Source of the DNA: Anthoceros angustus | Lineage: Eukaryota > Plantae > Anthocerotophyta | Reading direction: 5' to 3' | DNA: 64,000 nucleotides | Assembly (NCBI GenBank): GCA_010909165.1 | Contig: VJWM01000044.1 | Coordinates: 372,001-436,000 of the forward strand | Shown: one piece after another, positions 1 to 11,902 of the stretch | Layout: each line of letters begins with the position of its first letter | Numbering within the stretch: the first letter of the stretch is position 1 | The notes under the pieces: model-generated | What the model was told of the DNA's origin: nothing | What the model saw: the letters and a program-made list of their open reading frames with translations, nothing else | The model's database searches: none | Program-made: the position numbers and the translations under genes

Positions 1-528
1 TATTCTTTTGATGAGGAAGCAATAAAACTTCCAGAGAAAACAGAGTCTGCTAGCCTAGTAGGCTGCCTTGAATAACAGTATGCAGTTTTCCTTTAGTTTC
101 CACGGTGTTCAGTGCTATGGGCTGAGTGCACTTTTTAGCTGCACCTTGGGGACCAAACGTTCAGGACGGTGGGGCAGCCTCATGAACCTCCCCATCCGAC
201 ACACTTATGGAGTAAGTAGTTACGAGCTTCAAGTTAGTGCACAGGGATCAAAATTGCACACACCTTGCGATGTGCAGTGTCCAGAGTACGATCAAGAGGA
301 TAGATTAGTATCAAGAATGAATTGGTACAGCCTCAGGTATACCATGGTTATGAACGTGTTTACATATAAGGGCAGCACAGGGGCAATCCATCCATGAATG
401 GGCCAGGTGCGCTCCGGCCACAGCTCTACCTATCTAATGCTGCTACTGGGTTTCAAGACTAAGCATTACAGATATGGTACAAGCGAGTAGAGAAACGACT
501 CAAGATGTGAAGCAAGGGCAGCCTGGCA

Positions 529-2267
529 TCAGGTGGCAGCTGCCAGGTGTGCCAAGAGGCCGACCATACCGGCGTTGATGTAAGTGGTGGGCTCCGCCTG
601 CCCGTAGTTGCTACGGTCGTCGGCATACGCATCGGCGTCGTCGGGTCCTCCCACAATGCCTCCCGTCAGCTGGTTGGGGTCGGAAGTTTTGGCCTCGTAG
701 TAGGAAAAGCTGTCAGAGCAGTCGATCTCGGCGGGTGAGTCTTCATGCTGGGCACTGAAGCAGCGCGATGGTGAACCCGCTGAGGAAGCTGGTCCCAAAT
801 CCCACCATGTACGACATGCGCTGAGGATTTTCTCCCAGGATGTAGTCCACCTGCAGCAGGCAGCAGGTAATTGTTCAGCGACAGAGAAGTTAAGATCCTT
901 CAGTGAAGTAGGGGCGGAACATCATCTGCAGACAACACGGGAAGTAGTACCTGGGTTTTGGCATGAGAATAGAGCTGGGCAGGAGTGATGGCCGTGGTGC
1001 CACAAGTGACAGTCTGTTGAGCTGCCTCCAGGTACTTGGCGTAGACAAGGAGAAGGAAGGAAGATGCAGTCACGTACTGCAGATTGCTACCTGCCAGGAA
1101 ATAGAAGAGCCCGCCTGCAGCAGCGGCCATATCATTCACAGATCATGGTTGATGCAATTGATTTGTGAGAATCCATCCATTCGATTATTCGTCAACACAG
1201 CAAGGAGATGTTCAACTGCATTTGCTTACCAGGAGTGTACTTGGCTGCAGACACGCCTGGCATGATACCGCACACGAATGCATCCGCTTGCTGCTTGTAG
1301 CCCTGTAGGCCGTCAGCCTTGCCAGCAAAGAAGAACTGGGCTGCCAGGACCTGAGCGCCCGCGTATTTGTTGTCCCAGCTGAGTGTGGGTGCGGAGGTGG
1401 TGGAGCCACCCAGCTCCTCGCCGTTGTCCACCAGGTATTGCAGGTACTTGTCGTCCCTGGATGCCTTGAAGAGCCAGGCTGCTCCCACAGCAGCTCATCC
1501 TTGAAGCCAGAGTAGGAGCAGTAGAAGGGCACACTTGCGGCTTCAGGGGTCCGTCGCTGTAGGCCGCTCTGTACTGGTCCGCAAACGAGAAGAGCTCAGC
1601 CGCGCCGGCCAGAAGCGTAGCTGAGTACTGGGCGTCAGTGGCCTGGAACACAATGGACGCAGCGGCCAGCGCGGCAGCCGTTTCCGCAGCAGCGTCGGAC
1701 CCTGGATTGCTGGCATCAATCTTGTACGCAGTGCGATCTGTGTGCATGTCCTCAGGCCTTTGCCAGCACGCGTGATCCTTGGTCGGGTCTGCCACCTGAA
1801 CGTACAGCTCGTTTGGTGCGGTGTGAGCTTTGAGCAGGTAGTCAGTCCCCAACGGATGGCATCCTGGGCGTTGGTCATCTCTCCCGCTGCGCCCAGCTCT
1901 TTCCCTTTCGATCACCGTCCACGACAGCAGCGTGATGGTGAAGGCCATGGGCAGGCCGAACTTGACATTGTCGCCAGCGTCGTAGTATCCTCCCACCAAA
2001 TCCACGTTGGAGGAGGAGCCGTCGGTCAATGCAGAATCCCCTCCACGTCAATCTCTGGGATGTGGGCAGCGGCCCAGATCGCTGTCCCTCATAGAACAAG
2101 ATGGCCTTGGACAGGGCCTCCGTGTACTCAGCCGCACCGAATCCTCCTGCACCAGCGGCAGCAGCATTGCAACCTGCAGGCGCCCAGGCAAGCGAGGCGA
2201 CACACACCCACACTCCCAATGCTGCAGCAGCAGCTGCCATTGTTCCACAGCTGGAACCTGGGGCCAT
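529..2267 (-). CDS. GH9 class B endo-1,4-beta-glucanase, tandem copy 1 (3 exons; several 1-bp frameshifts, possibly read errors)
   Basis: Signal peptide, then [47 protein letters not shown] and [14 protein letters not shown] motifs spread over ORFs 1875-2267, 1313-2029, 1192-1488, 900-1139 and 529-798. Introns 1115-1229 and 851-950 are GT-AG. No CBM49. Confidence 0.93.
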
Positions 2268-3055
2268 GCTTCAGCGAGCGCTGCAAAGCTGCTGCAGATG
2301 GAAACCAGGTCTGAGCTGTTGAGGAAGAAGATGGCGAGAGATGAGCAGAATGCAATGCAAGAAACGTGGTGGAGGATGCCATTTATTGCAGCTGCAGGGG
2401 AATGCGCCTGCTGCGTGTTGATGGAAGCCGCAAATGCGCCTGGCGTTCGCCTCGGTGCTCAGGACTGGGATCTGAGCCACAGTTCATGGCGCCTTCTCCC
2501 GACCGTGAAAGCCGCTGGTGTGTCCCTTCACCCGTAACTCCGGTACCCGCTGCTGTTGCGGCAGTTGCGGGGGACCAAACTGGTTTCCACAACCTGTATG
2601 CTGAAGGCCGCTGATGTTAGATTCAGGGCAGCCCGTTTTCACTGGCATCGGACCGGCGACATCGCAGTCCAAGTGCGACAGAAGTCTATCAAGAATTATT
2701 GGTCGTTTGCCACTTGCGAAAGACCTCAATTCTAGGACATATTACTTTTATACGTAGTTTGAAGTACACATAAATATATGGGAGAAATTATATGCACGGA
2801 GAAGGCTAAAGTTTATGCCTGGACTTTTGATGATAAAAGGGTTGGAAGTGGTGTCCCGCGTTGGAGATCTATTTTTAGCTAATGAAGCATGTACAACAAG
2901 ATAAAGTTCAGCCAAACAGTGCATGCTGCAAAGACATTATGTACTTAAACTTTCCTGCGGAGGAACAAAAAGCATAGTTTGTAGACAAATATTGCAGCCA
3001 AGTTCCTCTTGGTAAAGGACAAGATCCTTGTTGCTCCACAACAACATGGGACCCC

Positions 3056-4946
3056 TCAAAGACAGTGACTCCAAATCCAACTGAGAATATCCAAAGTCGA
3101 GTCCAGAAGTCCTGAGTAGCCGATCTGTTCCTTCAGCTTGTGATCCTGCAAGTCCTGCAAGAAATTGTACAGGTTGATCAAGGTTCAACCTAAGCACAAG
3201 TCCCCGTTGTGGGGAGAACCTTGCTGAATTTCAAGTGGAATTACCTTGAAGGTACTTTTCCAAGATTCAAGTCTTAGGTCGACTTGGAAGGATGGCGAGC
3301 CCTGTGAATCAACCGCATGGATAAACTTCCAAACTATGCCTCGCTCAAAAATTTTCGTTTGGCGGAGTGTACGCATGCGTCTCTCAACCAAAGCTGAGTC
3401 CCCTGACTCGTTTGTGTCTGCACGTGAAAGAGGACTAGCCCAGCGGAAGCCGACTCCTGTACTAGGGTCTATGATAGCCCCTTTCACAGTGTCTTCAGCT
3501 GTCTTACGTTCATCATCCTGACAAACGAGGGCTTCACACTGATGGAAAATGGAGGCCCAGGGCACTCACTACTTTCTATTGGACCCCTCATCGAGAGCAC
3601 CTATCAAAAGAGTCTGTCTCGTTTCAGAGGGACGAAGCACTTACCGAGAGCATGTCATCTCCCTCCACCACCCCGGTGGAAAGCATAAGTCTCAGGTCCC
3701 ATTCCGTGGCCCGAGATAGATCAGTAACCAGGTACCTGACCGGACGTCTCCTAAACTGCCAGAGTGCCAAGAGCATCAGCAAAGAACTCTGCAATCCTAC
3801 TAGGCGGACGAGACCATATGTTTTGAACACCGTAGATCATGAGAGTGTGCATTGTGTCAAGTGTAGACCTTGACGATGGCCAAGGACTCGCCATGGGCCT
3901 TGCACTGGACCACGAGAGGATGTTTCCAATTCCTTTTCGTAATCTGCAGGCCGACAATGTTGTGTCAGGGGTGACCATCGAGTTCAAGGTACCAGCTTCA
4001 GACACATTGTTACAGTATAATGTATACACCGGAGGAAGAAAGATACGAGTCACCTCTATGATGATAACTTCCTTCTCAATTTGGCGGTCCTCTTGAGATC
4101 GAGCAAACTCTTTCAGCCTGTCGAAATAATGTCGAGGGAGGTTTGTGTCCAAAACTTTGAAGGGTCGTGTAGGCCAACGTTTTGGGCGACCCCTCTCAAA
4201 CTCCTCTTCAAGTTCAGTAAACGAGAAGGAAGGCAGACTTTCCAGTGTTTTAGGTCCCCTGCGCAGGCGCGAGGGAGCACTGAGCTTCAAATTGCAGGGA
4301 CAATGCAAAGTTTCAAAACTTTTGTGCATAACTCACAAAGTGGGGCGTGAGCAGTGACGTCGATACTCCACGCCAGGGTAAAAGGTCAATCGCCCAAAGC
4401 GCAGCCACAACAAAGGTCTCAGATGTCGGCCCGTCCGAGAGTCACTCGTGTCCGCACACGAGCTGGCAAACTCTTCGAGAGCTGCCTTCAAGTCCTGCTC
4501 CAGCTTGGACCGCAGTCGAAGGCCTTGAAGCGAGTGCAGCCCTGATCCCGCAACCCCCTGAGCCAAAGCTGGCGACGAGGCTGAAACCCAGGTTTAATTA
4601 CAAGCCAGAAATCAATACGTGGATTGCAGATGCCATGATCAACCACAAGCTTACAAGCGTGGAACATGAACTGACAGATACCTCCATGAAATTCCTTCTG
4701 CTGAGCCGGAGCCGGAGCCGTAACCACGCTGAGCCGGCAGCAGTTGTCGTCATCGACGCGGAATCGAAGGGACTGGTCCATCGGGGACAACATGTAAAGC
4801 TTGTTTATTGCGTTTGCAGAGTAGTTCAGCATCATCCCAATCCAAGGACGGAGAGGAGGCGTCGTTCGAGGGACATCTGGAAAAGCTAGACCGGTGGAAG
4901 ATTGTGGCGCATCTTTTCGCAGATGTGGGGGAATGTATTTCCCCAT
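3056..4946 (-). CDS. Multi-exon uncharacterised plant protein of the 'MAYIPPHKRH' type (recalled as DUF7903-like); at least one frameshift
   Basis: Starts MGKYIPPHLRK (ATG 4946). Later blocks RPLLWLRFGRLTF, FKVLDTNLPRHYF, EKEVIIIEV, PVRYLVTDLS...DLRLMLST, DDERK...AIIDPSTGVGFRW and a last exon ...LLDSTLDILSWIWSHCL* (stop 3056) follow the order of that family as I recall it. Family name unverified. Confidence 0.65.
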
Positions 4947-5939
4947 GCTAAGACTAGTCACTACAAAATCAAGGCTATGGACCTGGTCTTCGCCGGCCTC
5001 ATGGAAACAAGTTGCCCGCTTCCAGGGTTCTCTCAATGCCAGGTGAACGCTTCCGGATTCCGGAGAGTAAGAGCCAGAACGCTACGCTTCCGGACTTGTG
5101 AGAGTAAGAACCGGAACCTTCCGGATTTGAGAGAGAAGCTGCGGATCGCCAGGCTTTGCGGCTTCTATTCATAAGTCGCGTCGGGCACTAATGATCATGT
5201 CTGTACATCAATCCCCGATCGTGATCGTGAATTCGAGCGTGTTAGGTACTAACATAAAGCCAGTCCCGGACTCCCTGGTGTACTCTCGGCGGCTACTTCC
5301 CGCGCCGTAATTTAAACTAATGTTTCCTTCATGCTCCGATAATTTGAATTGATTGTGCATTCACGGTCTGGCGGCAGGCGCCAACCGCCACCTGTCCCAG
5401 GCCATTAGCAACACCGCGCGCGAAGTTTTCCACCCGTACAACGGTTGCCTACAATGAAGACAATGTTTACAACCAGGATCCGAATCTCGATTCTCCAGAC
5501 ATTCCGATTGACTATTGCACGTACAGGCTGCAAGTGAGATTGAGAGATCGAAAGAAGCCAGTTGCCGGCTGTTGCGGGCAGCAGCTTCCAACAGGAAAGT
5601 TTTTTAGAGCAGGTGTGTCACCTCCCTGATATGTATGTAGTCTTATCTGCACAACAAAACCAACCTTGCTTCCAACCTTGCAAGCACAACAAAACCCTTT
5701 CGCACTTGATGTCCAGCAAAGCCAACGATGAGGAACGCACACTAATCCGTGACATGGATGAAAGAAACAAGTCTGCCCGCTTTTCTAAGGTTTATCATAC
5801 TGGTGAGGGAGAAACAATGAAATCGATGCACAAGTGAGGCTGATAAACCTGAGCTCTGAAATGCTGAAACAGTGGTGCTGATGCACAGGTGAGACTGATA
5901 GACCTGATTTCACTCATCACTGTCAATCGAAGTGAAGTC

Positions 5940-6640
5940 TACCAGTCCACCTTACATTGGGGCAGACTGGTGAACAAGATGTCTTTCTACACCTGTGACC
6001 TGTCCCGCGGCAACAGCACTTCTAGCCTGAATTAACCTTCAGAACTTGAAAGACCTGCAAAACAGATGGGACAGTTTCATGTCCTGCGTACTTCGTTTTC
6101 TGGCGAACTCCTACCGTTGATACTTGCTTGCCTTCTCCCTCACATGGTTTATAATCTTGAGCATGTTTCTTTGCCTCGTCTAATTGCCCTGTACGCCCAA
6201 GAAGATCAATCATGCAATCGCAATGCTCATTAGTAGGCTGATGCTGCGTGCCATTCAACCATGGAATCAGCCTGGCCACGCTGTAAAATATCCGGCATGC
6301 ATTTTCCAGTTCGCCATATTCGGCATATATGACCACCAGGCAAAATATTGCCCAACAGTATAGTGTTTGGCAACAATCCTCCTCCCACAGGCTGAAACTA
6401 TGCAGCTGCCTGTCCTTCTGTAAGGCACCAGCGCTTGCTTGTACAGGCCTTCATAGCACATGACGATCCATTTTGCAGGATCCAGAAAAATGTTCTCCGC
6501 AAGTACTCCCTCTCCCCTTCTTGCTTGCAGCGCTGATTCTTTTGATAAAGAAGCAATAAAACTTCCAGAGAAAAACAGAGTCTGCTAGCCTAGTAGGCTG
6601 CCTTGAATAACAGTATGCAGTTTTCCCTTTAGTTTCCACG
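5940..6640 (-). pseudogene. Decayed PLS-class PPR (RNA-editing factor type) fragment
   Basis: VIYAEYGELENACRIFYS and PTNEHCDCMIDLLGRTGQLDEAK (S2/E1-like); broken frames. Its right end is repeated at positions 1-130. Confidence 0.75.
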
Positions 6641-7069
6641 GTGTTCAGTGATATGGGCGGAGTGCACTTTTTAGCTGCAGCTTGGGGACCGAATGTTCAG
6701 GACGGTGGGGCAGCCTCATGAACCTCCCCATCCGACACACTTATGGACTAAGTAGTTACGAGCTTCAAGTTAGTATACAGGGGATCAAAATTGCACATAC
6801 CTTGCGATGTGCAGTGTCCAGAGTACGACTAAGAGGATAGATTAGTATCAAGAATGAATTGATACAGCCTGAGGTATACCATGGTTATGAAAGTGTTTGC
6901 ATATAAGGGCAGCACAGGGAGGCAACCCATCCATGAATGGGCCAGGTGCGCTCCCGGCCACAGCTCTACCTATCTAATGCTGCTACTGGGTTCCAAGACT
7001 AAGCATTACAGATATGGTACAAGCCAGTCGAGAAACGACTCCAAGATGTGAAGCAAGGGCAGCCTGGCA

Positions 7070-8813
7070 TCAGGTGGCAGCTGCCAGGTGTGCCAAGAGG
7101 CCGACCATACCGGCGTTGATGTAAGTGGTGGGCTCCGCCTGCCCGTAGTTGCTACGGTCGTCGGCATACGCATCGGCGTCGTCGGGTCCTCCCACAATGC
7201 CTCCCGTCAGCTGGTTGGGGTCGGAAGTTTTGGCCTCGTAGTAGGAAAAGCTGTCAGAGCAGTCGATCTCGGCGGGGGGAGTCTTCATGCTGGGCACTGA
7301 AGCAGCGCGATGGTGAACCCGCTGAGGGAAGCTGGTCCCAAATCCCACCATGTACGACATGCGCTGAGGATTGTCTCCCAGGATGTAGTCCACCTGCAGC
7401 AGGCAGCAGGTAATTGTTCAGCGACAGAGAAGTTAAGATCCTTCAGTGAAGTAGGAGCGGAACATCATCTGCAGACAACACGGGAAGTAGTACCTGGGTT
7501 TTGGCATGAGAATAGAGCTGTGCAGGAGTGATGGCCGTGGTGCCACAAGTGACAGTCTGTTGAGCTGCCTCCAGGTACTTGGCGTAGACAAGGAGAAGGA
7601 AGGAAGATGCAGTCACGTACTGCAGATTGCTACCTGCCAGGAAATAGAAGAGCCCGCCTGCAGCAGCGGCCATATCATTCACAGATCATGGTTGATGCAA
7701 TTGATTTGGCAGAGAATCCATCCATTCGATTATTCGTCAACACAGCAAGGAGAATGTTCAACTGCATTTGCTTACCAGGAGTGTACTTGGCTGCAGACAC
7801 GCCTGGCATGATACCGCACACGAATGCATCCGCTTGCTGCTTGTAGCCCTGTAGGCCGTCAGCCTTGCCAGCAAAGAAGAACTGGGCTGCCAGGACCTGA
7901 GCGCCCGCGTATTTGTTGTCCCAGCTGAGTGTGGGTGCGGAGGTGGTGGAGCCACCCAGCTCCTTGCCGTTGTCCACCAGGTATTGCAGGTACTTGTCGT
8001 CCCTGGATGCCTTGAAGAGCCAGGCTGCTCCCCACAGCAGCTCATCCTTGAAGCCAGAGTAGGAGCAGTAGAAGGGGCACACTTGCGGCTTCAGGGGCCC
8101 GTCGCTGTAGGCCGCTCTGTACTGGTTCGCAAACGAGAAGAGCTCAGCAGCACTGGCCAGAAGCGTAGCTGAGTACTGGGCGTCAGTGGCCTGGAACACA
8201 ATGGATGCAGCGGCCAGCGCGGCAGCCGTTTCCGCAGCAGCGTCGGACCCTGGATTGCTGGCATCAATCTTGTACGCAGTGCGATCTGTGTGCATGTCCT
8301 CAGGCCTTGCCAGCACGCGTGATCCTTGGTCGGGTCTGCCACCTGAACGTACAGCTCGTTTGGTGCGGTGTGAGCTTTGAGCAGGTAGTCAGTCCCCCAA
8401 CGGATGGCATCCTGGGCGTTGGTCATCTCTCCCGCTGCGCTCAGCTCTTTCCCCTTTTCGATCACCGTCCACGACAGCAGCGTGATGGTGAAGGCCATGG
8501 GCAGGCCGAACTTGACATTGTCGCCAGCGTCGTAGTATCCTCCCACCAAATCCACGTTGGAGGAGGAGCCGTCGGTCAATGCAGAATCCCCCCTCCACGT
8601 CAATCTCTGGGATGTGGGCAGCGGCCCAGATCTCTGTCCCTCGTAGAACAAGATGGCCTTGGACAGGGCCTCAGTGTACTCAGCCGCACCGAATCCTCCT
8701 GCACCAGCGGCAGCAGCATTGCATCCTGCAGGCGCCCAGACAAGCGAGGCGGCGCACATCCACACTCCCAACGCTGCAATCGCAAATGCGCTACACCTGA
8801 AATTTTGGGCCAT
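7070..8813 (-). CDS. GH9B endoglucanase, tandem copy 2 (3 exons; one apparent 1-bp deletion near 8308)
   Basis: ORFs 8091-8813, 7675-8316, 7443-7682 and 7070-7393 join into a full GH9 with DAGD, HHRAAS and the catalytic Glu (QAEPTTY). The shift is ccttgc versus cctttgc in copies 1 and 3. Confidence 0.94.
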
Positions 8814-9229
8814 TGCTTAGAGCTACCAGGCTGCTGCAGATGGCGATCAGCTCTGAGCCGTTGAAGGAGATGGCGGAGGGATGAGCAGAATGCAATGCCA
8901 GTAACGTGGTGGAGGATGTCATTAAATACACCTCCAGGGGAACAACGCGCCTGCCGCCTGTTGATGGAAGCCGGAAAGCGCCTCCTGTTCGCCTCGGTGC
9001 GCAGGAATGGATGGCATCCGAGCCACATTTCACGCCGCTCGCTCCCTACCGTGAAAGTTGCTGGTGTGTCCGTTAATCGGGTAAAACGGTTACGGCAGTT
9101 GCGGGGACCAAACTGCTTTCCCCAAGCCATAAACATATGTGCGAATACAGCACCGAGGCCGCCGATCATGGATTCAGGGCAGCTCGCTTTCGCAGGCATC
9201 GGACCGGAGACACCGGACTCCAACTTCTC

Positions 9230-9620
9230 CAGTTTACCTTGCAGCGTGCAAATAACTCCAATTCACCTCTAATTGGTATGGTTCAAATTTCAGATGCCAG
9301 TGATGAAAGTGAAAACGGAAAAAGGAAATAAGTGGCGCAGTGCTTCGCTTGTGTGGGATAATGTATCTGGCCATGCCAAGACTAGTCAATACAGAATCAA
9401 GGCCATGGACCTGCCCTTTGTCTTTGTCTGTCTCGTGGAAACAACTTGCCTACTTCCATACTTCTCTCACACTGACAGCTGAACGCTTCCGGATTTCTGA
9501 GCGGAGCTACCGACGACCAGGTTTTACCACATCTCTTGATAAATCGCTTCGGGCACTGATGATCACAAGCTGGACATCAATCCCCGATTATCATGAATTG
9601 CAGAGTGTTAGGTACTAACA
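9230..9620 (-). pseudogene. 5' remnant of a 'YIPPH'-family paralogue
   Basis: Reads MARYIIPHKRS from an ATG near 9375. The upstream flank (catgccaagactagtca...aatcaaggccatggacctg...gaacgcttccgga) matches 4944-5240. Confidence 0.6.
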
Positions 9621-9845
9621 TGAAGCCGCATCGTCCTCTAGTCTCTTCCACTCTCACGACTCCCTATTGTACTATCGTCGCCTACTTATATTACCCCTTT
9701 GGTTCGCGCTCCGAGGGCAGCTAAACGCCACCGGTCCCAAGCTCCCGACAACACCCCGCGCGAGCTCGGGTGGGAAGCGCGTCTGTGAGAAACTAGCTTG
9801 ATAATTTTGTGATGAACGGTCAATAATGCATTATGAGAGCTTGGC

Positions 9846-10434
9846 AGTAACGGTACTGGTGAAATAAGGTAGAAAGGTGAAAATTTGAAAAAGGTAAAAA
9901 GTTAAGTTAGTAGCTGCCCTGTTAAGAAGATGCATGTGTTGCATGCTTCATGCAATCTCTTGTTAGAGAGGAATTGCTACAGCCACAAATGAAGAGCTGC
10001 CTAGAGAGGACTCTTAGTGATTAGTGGTCTGTAAGAATCCCTAGATTTAACAGCTGCCTAGTTAAGGTCAGGCTGCGGGATATATAAGGGCTAGAGCAAG
10101 GGCTTTGAGGAACAAGTGGGACTCACTCTTTGAGAGAGCAGGCAAGTGTGCGCTGCAAGCCTTGTGTTGAGAGAGCTGTGGAGAGCTAGCTAGTGAGCTT
10201 GTCATGGAATCAAGGCGTAGCGGTTGGGCGTGAATGGCATTCCATCGTTGTATTCTTGCAATAAAAGCGGCACCTCGAGGAGGTGGCTTGCAGTCGTCGA
10301 TGGACGGGCTACTTGGAGCCTAGTGTTGTGTTGTGAGGTTGAGGCGAGAATCGTGCAAGTCTCTTGTGGAGTGAATTGGCGAGGTCCTGACCGTGGGAAG
10401 CCGACGCCCTTCCTTCTTGCTGAGGGGTGTTACT
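9846..10434 (+). repeat. 5' LTR (AGTAAC...GTTACT)
   Basis: Direct repeat of 16150-16733. TATA-like tatataagggc at 10081. Followed after 4 nt by the PBS. Confidence 0.9.
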
Positions 10435-10438
10435 TTAG

Positions 10439-10450
10439 TGGTATCAGAGC
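10439..10450 (+). promoter_or_regulatory. Primer-binding site complementary to the 3' end of initiator tRNA-Met
   Basis: TGGTATCAGAGC immediately downstream of the 5' LTR. Confidence 0.92.
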
Positions 10451-11902
10451 GTAGTCCATTCCTCCAAGTGACTAGAGAGTGCACAAGATGGTCAATGAGA
10501 AGCGTAAGGAGAGGCTGAAGAAGCAGCAGTCTCCCGCCGATCATCCGCCTCAACCGCCCGAAGGTTCATCATCCTCAGAACAAGAGGAAGTGAGAGCGCC
10601 GCCTCAGGAGAGAAGTCAGAGGACTGGAAGAAACGGATGGTGGAAGTACTTTATCAAGTTCTTCCAGGTGTCTTGGACGATGTAATGACTTCAAGGAAGA
10701 AGACAAAGAAGAATCCAGGCCACTCAACAAGGCGAAGATGGAAGAACAAGAAGAAATCTTCCTGAATTCAGCATCTTCAAAGTGGCTCCAAATCGAGCAT
10801 GAAGCTAGCCCTACGATAAGTATGAGGGAGAAAGAGATGCAAGTCATTGATTCTTGGATCTATTCTATTGAGACTTATCTCGCCTCATCCGTGTTGAGAG
10901 TACTACTTAGGTACATTGGCAATTTCTTAAAGGGCTATGCTTTGTCCGTGGCGGAGTTATGGTGCTAATGTTGCCTGGGTAACCAGAGCACATACCATCA
11001 GTGGGCATCCTTCAAAGAAGCCCTCAAGAAGCGGTTCCAACTGCGAATGCTTCGCGTCTAAGTAGGCAATGACTTGACAATATCAAGCAAAACAGTCACG
11101 AGATTATGTAAGTACCTTGGTGAAGCATCATGCCTTTGCACTACCATGAGTGAAGATGACAAACGCATCGCTTCATGGTTTGTTTGAAGGATTGGGCTGC
11201 TAAATTGAGTTGCATAGTCCAACTACATTGGCAGAGGCCATTACTGCAGATGCCATCAGATACTTTCCATTCTAGTACATCCAACTCCTAGAAGATTTCG
11301 GCAGACTGTGGCGGTGACTAGAGGAAGCTCTAGTAGTGCAGAGGAGTCAGGGACATGGCGGAAATGGAATTGCAAGAGGCAATTCAAGAGGAAATTTCAG
11401 CGGAAGAAATCGAGGAGCGCGCAGAGGTCATGAGCTCGAGAGTCAAGATGGGTTCTCGAAAGGAGTATGCTACTCATGTGGAGAGCCGGACATTATGCAA
11501 ATGAATGCCCGAATCTTGAACAAAATCTCAACGTAGCGAAGGAGATCCACACCAAGACTCGGGATTACGGAGTGGCGGATCCGAGGATCCCAAGTGACGG
11601 ATCGGCCACATGTTGCGAAGGCGCATGTGGTGAGTCTCAGTCTTGAGGGCACTATTCGGAGGCGGGTGGAGAGCTCATGTACATACATGGATGTATAAAT
11701 GGAGCGAGCGAGGATGTTGCTTGACTTAGCAACACATAATTTCATTTCTCCTAGCAAGGCAAGCAAGCTTGGTTTGACATGGGCTAGTACATCGAGCCAT
11801 GTAGAGTGAAACAAGCTAAAGGAATGCCGCAACACAAAGGTGAATTGCAAGAAGTGCCGTTGCGAGATAGGGAATTGGAATGGAGCGAGCTTTGTAGATA
11901 TG

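Noticed and set aside
4900-4946. DDX3/Ded1 RNA helicase suggested by YIPPHLR
   Set aside because: No Q motif, Walker A, DEAD or other helicase motifs downstream.
10439-10450. tRNA-Met gene
   Set aside because: Only a 12-nt complement of the tRNA 3' end (retrotransposon PBS); no cloverleaf or A/B boxes.
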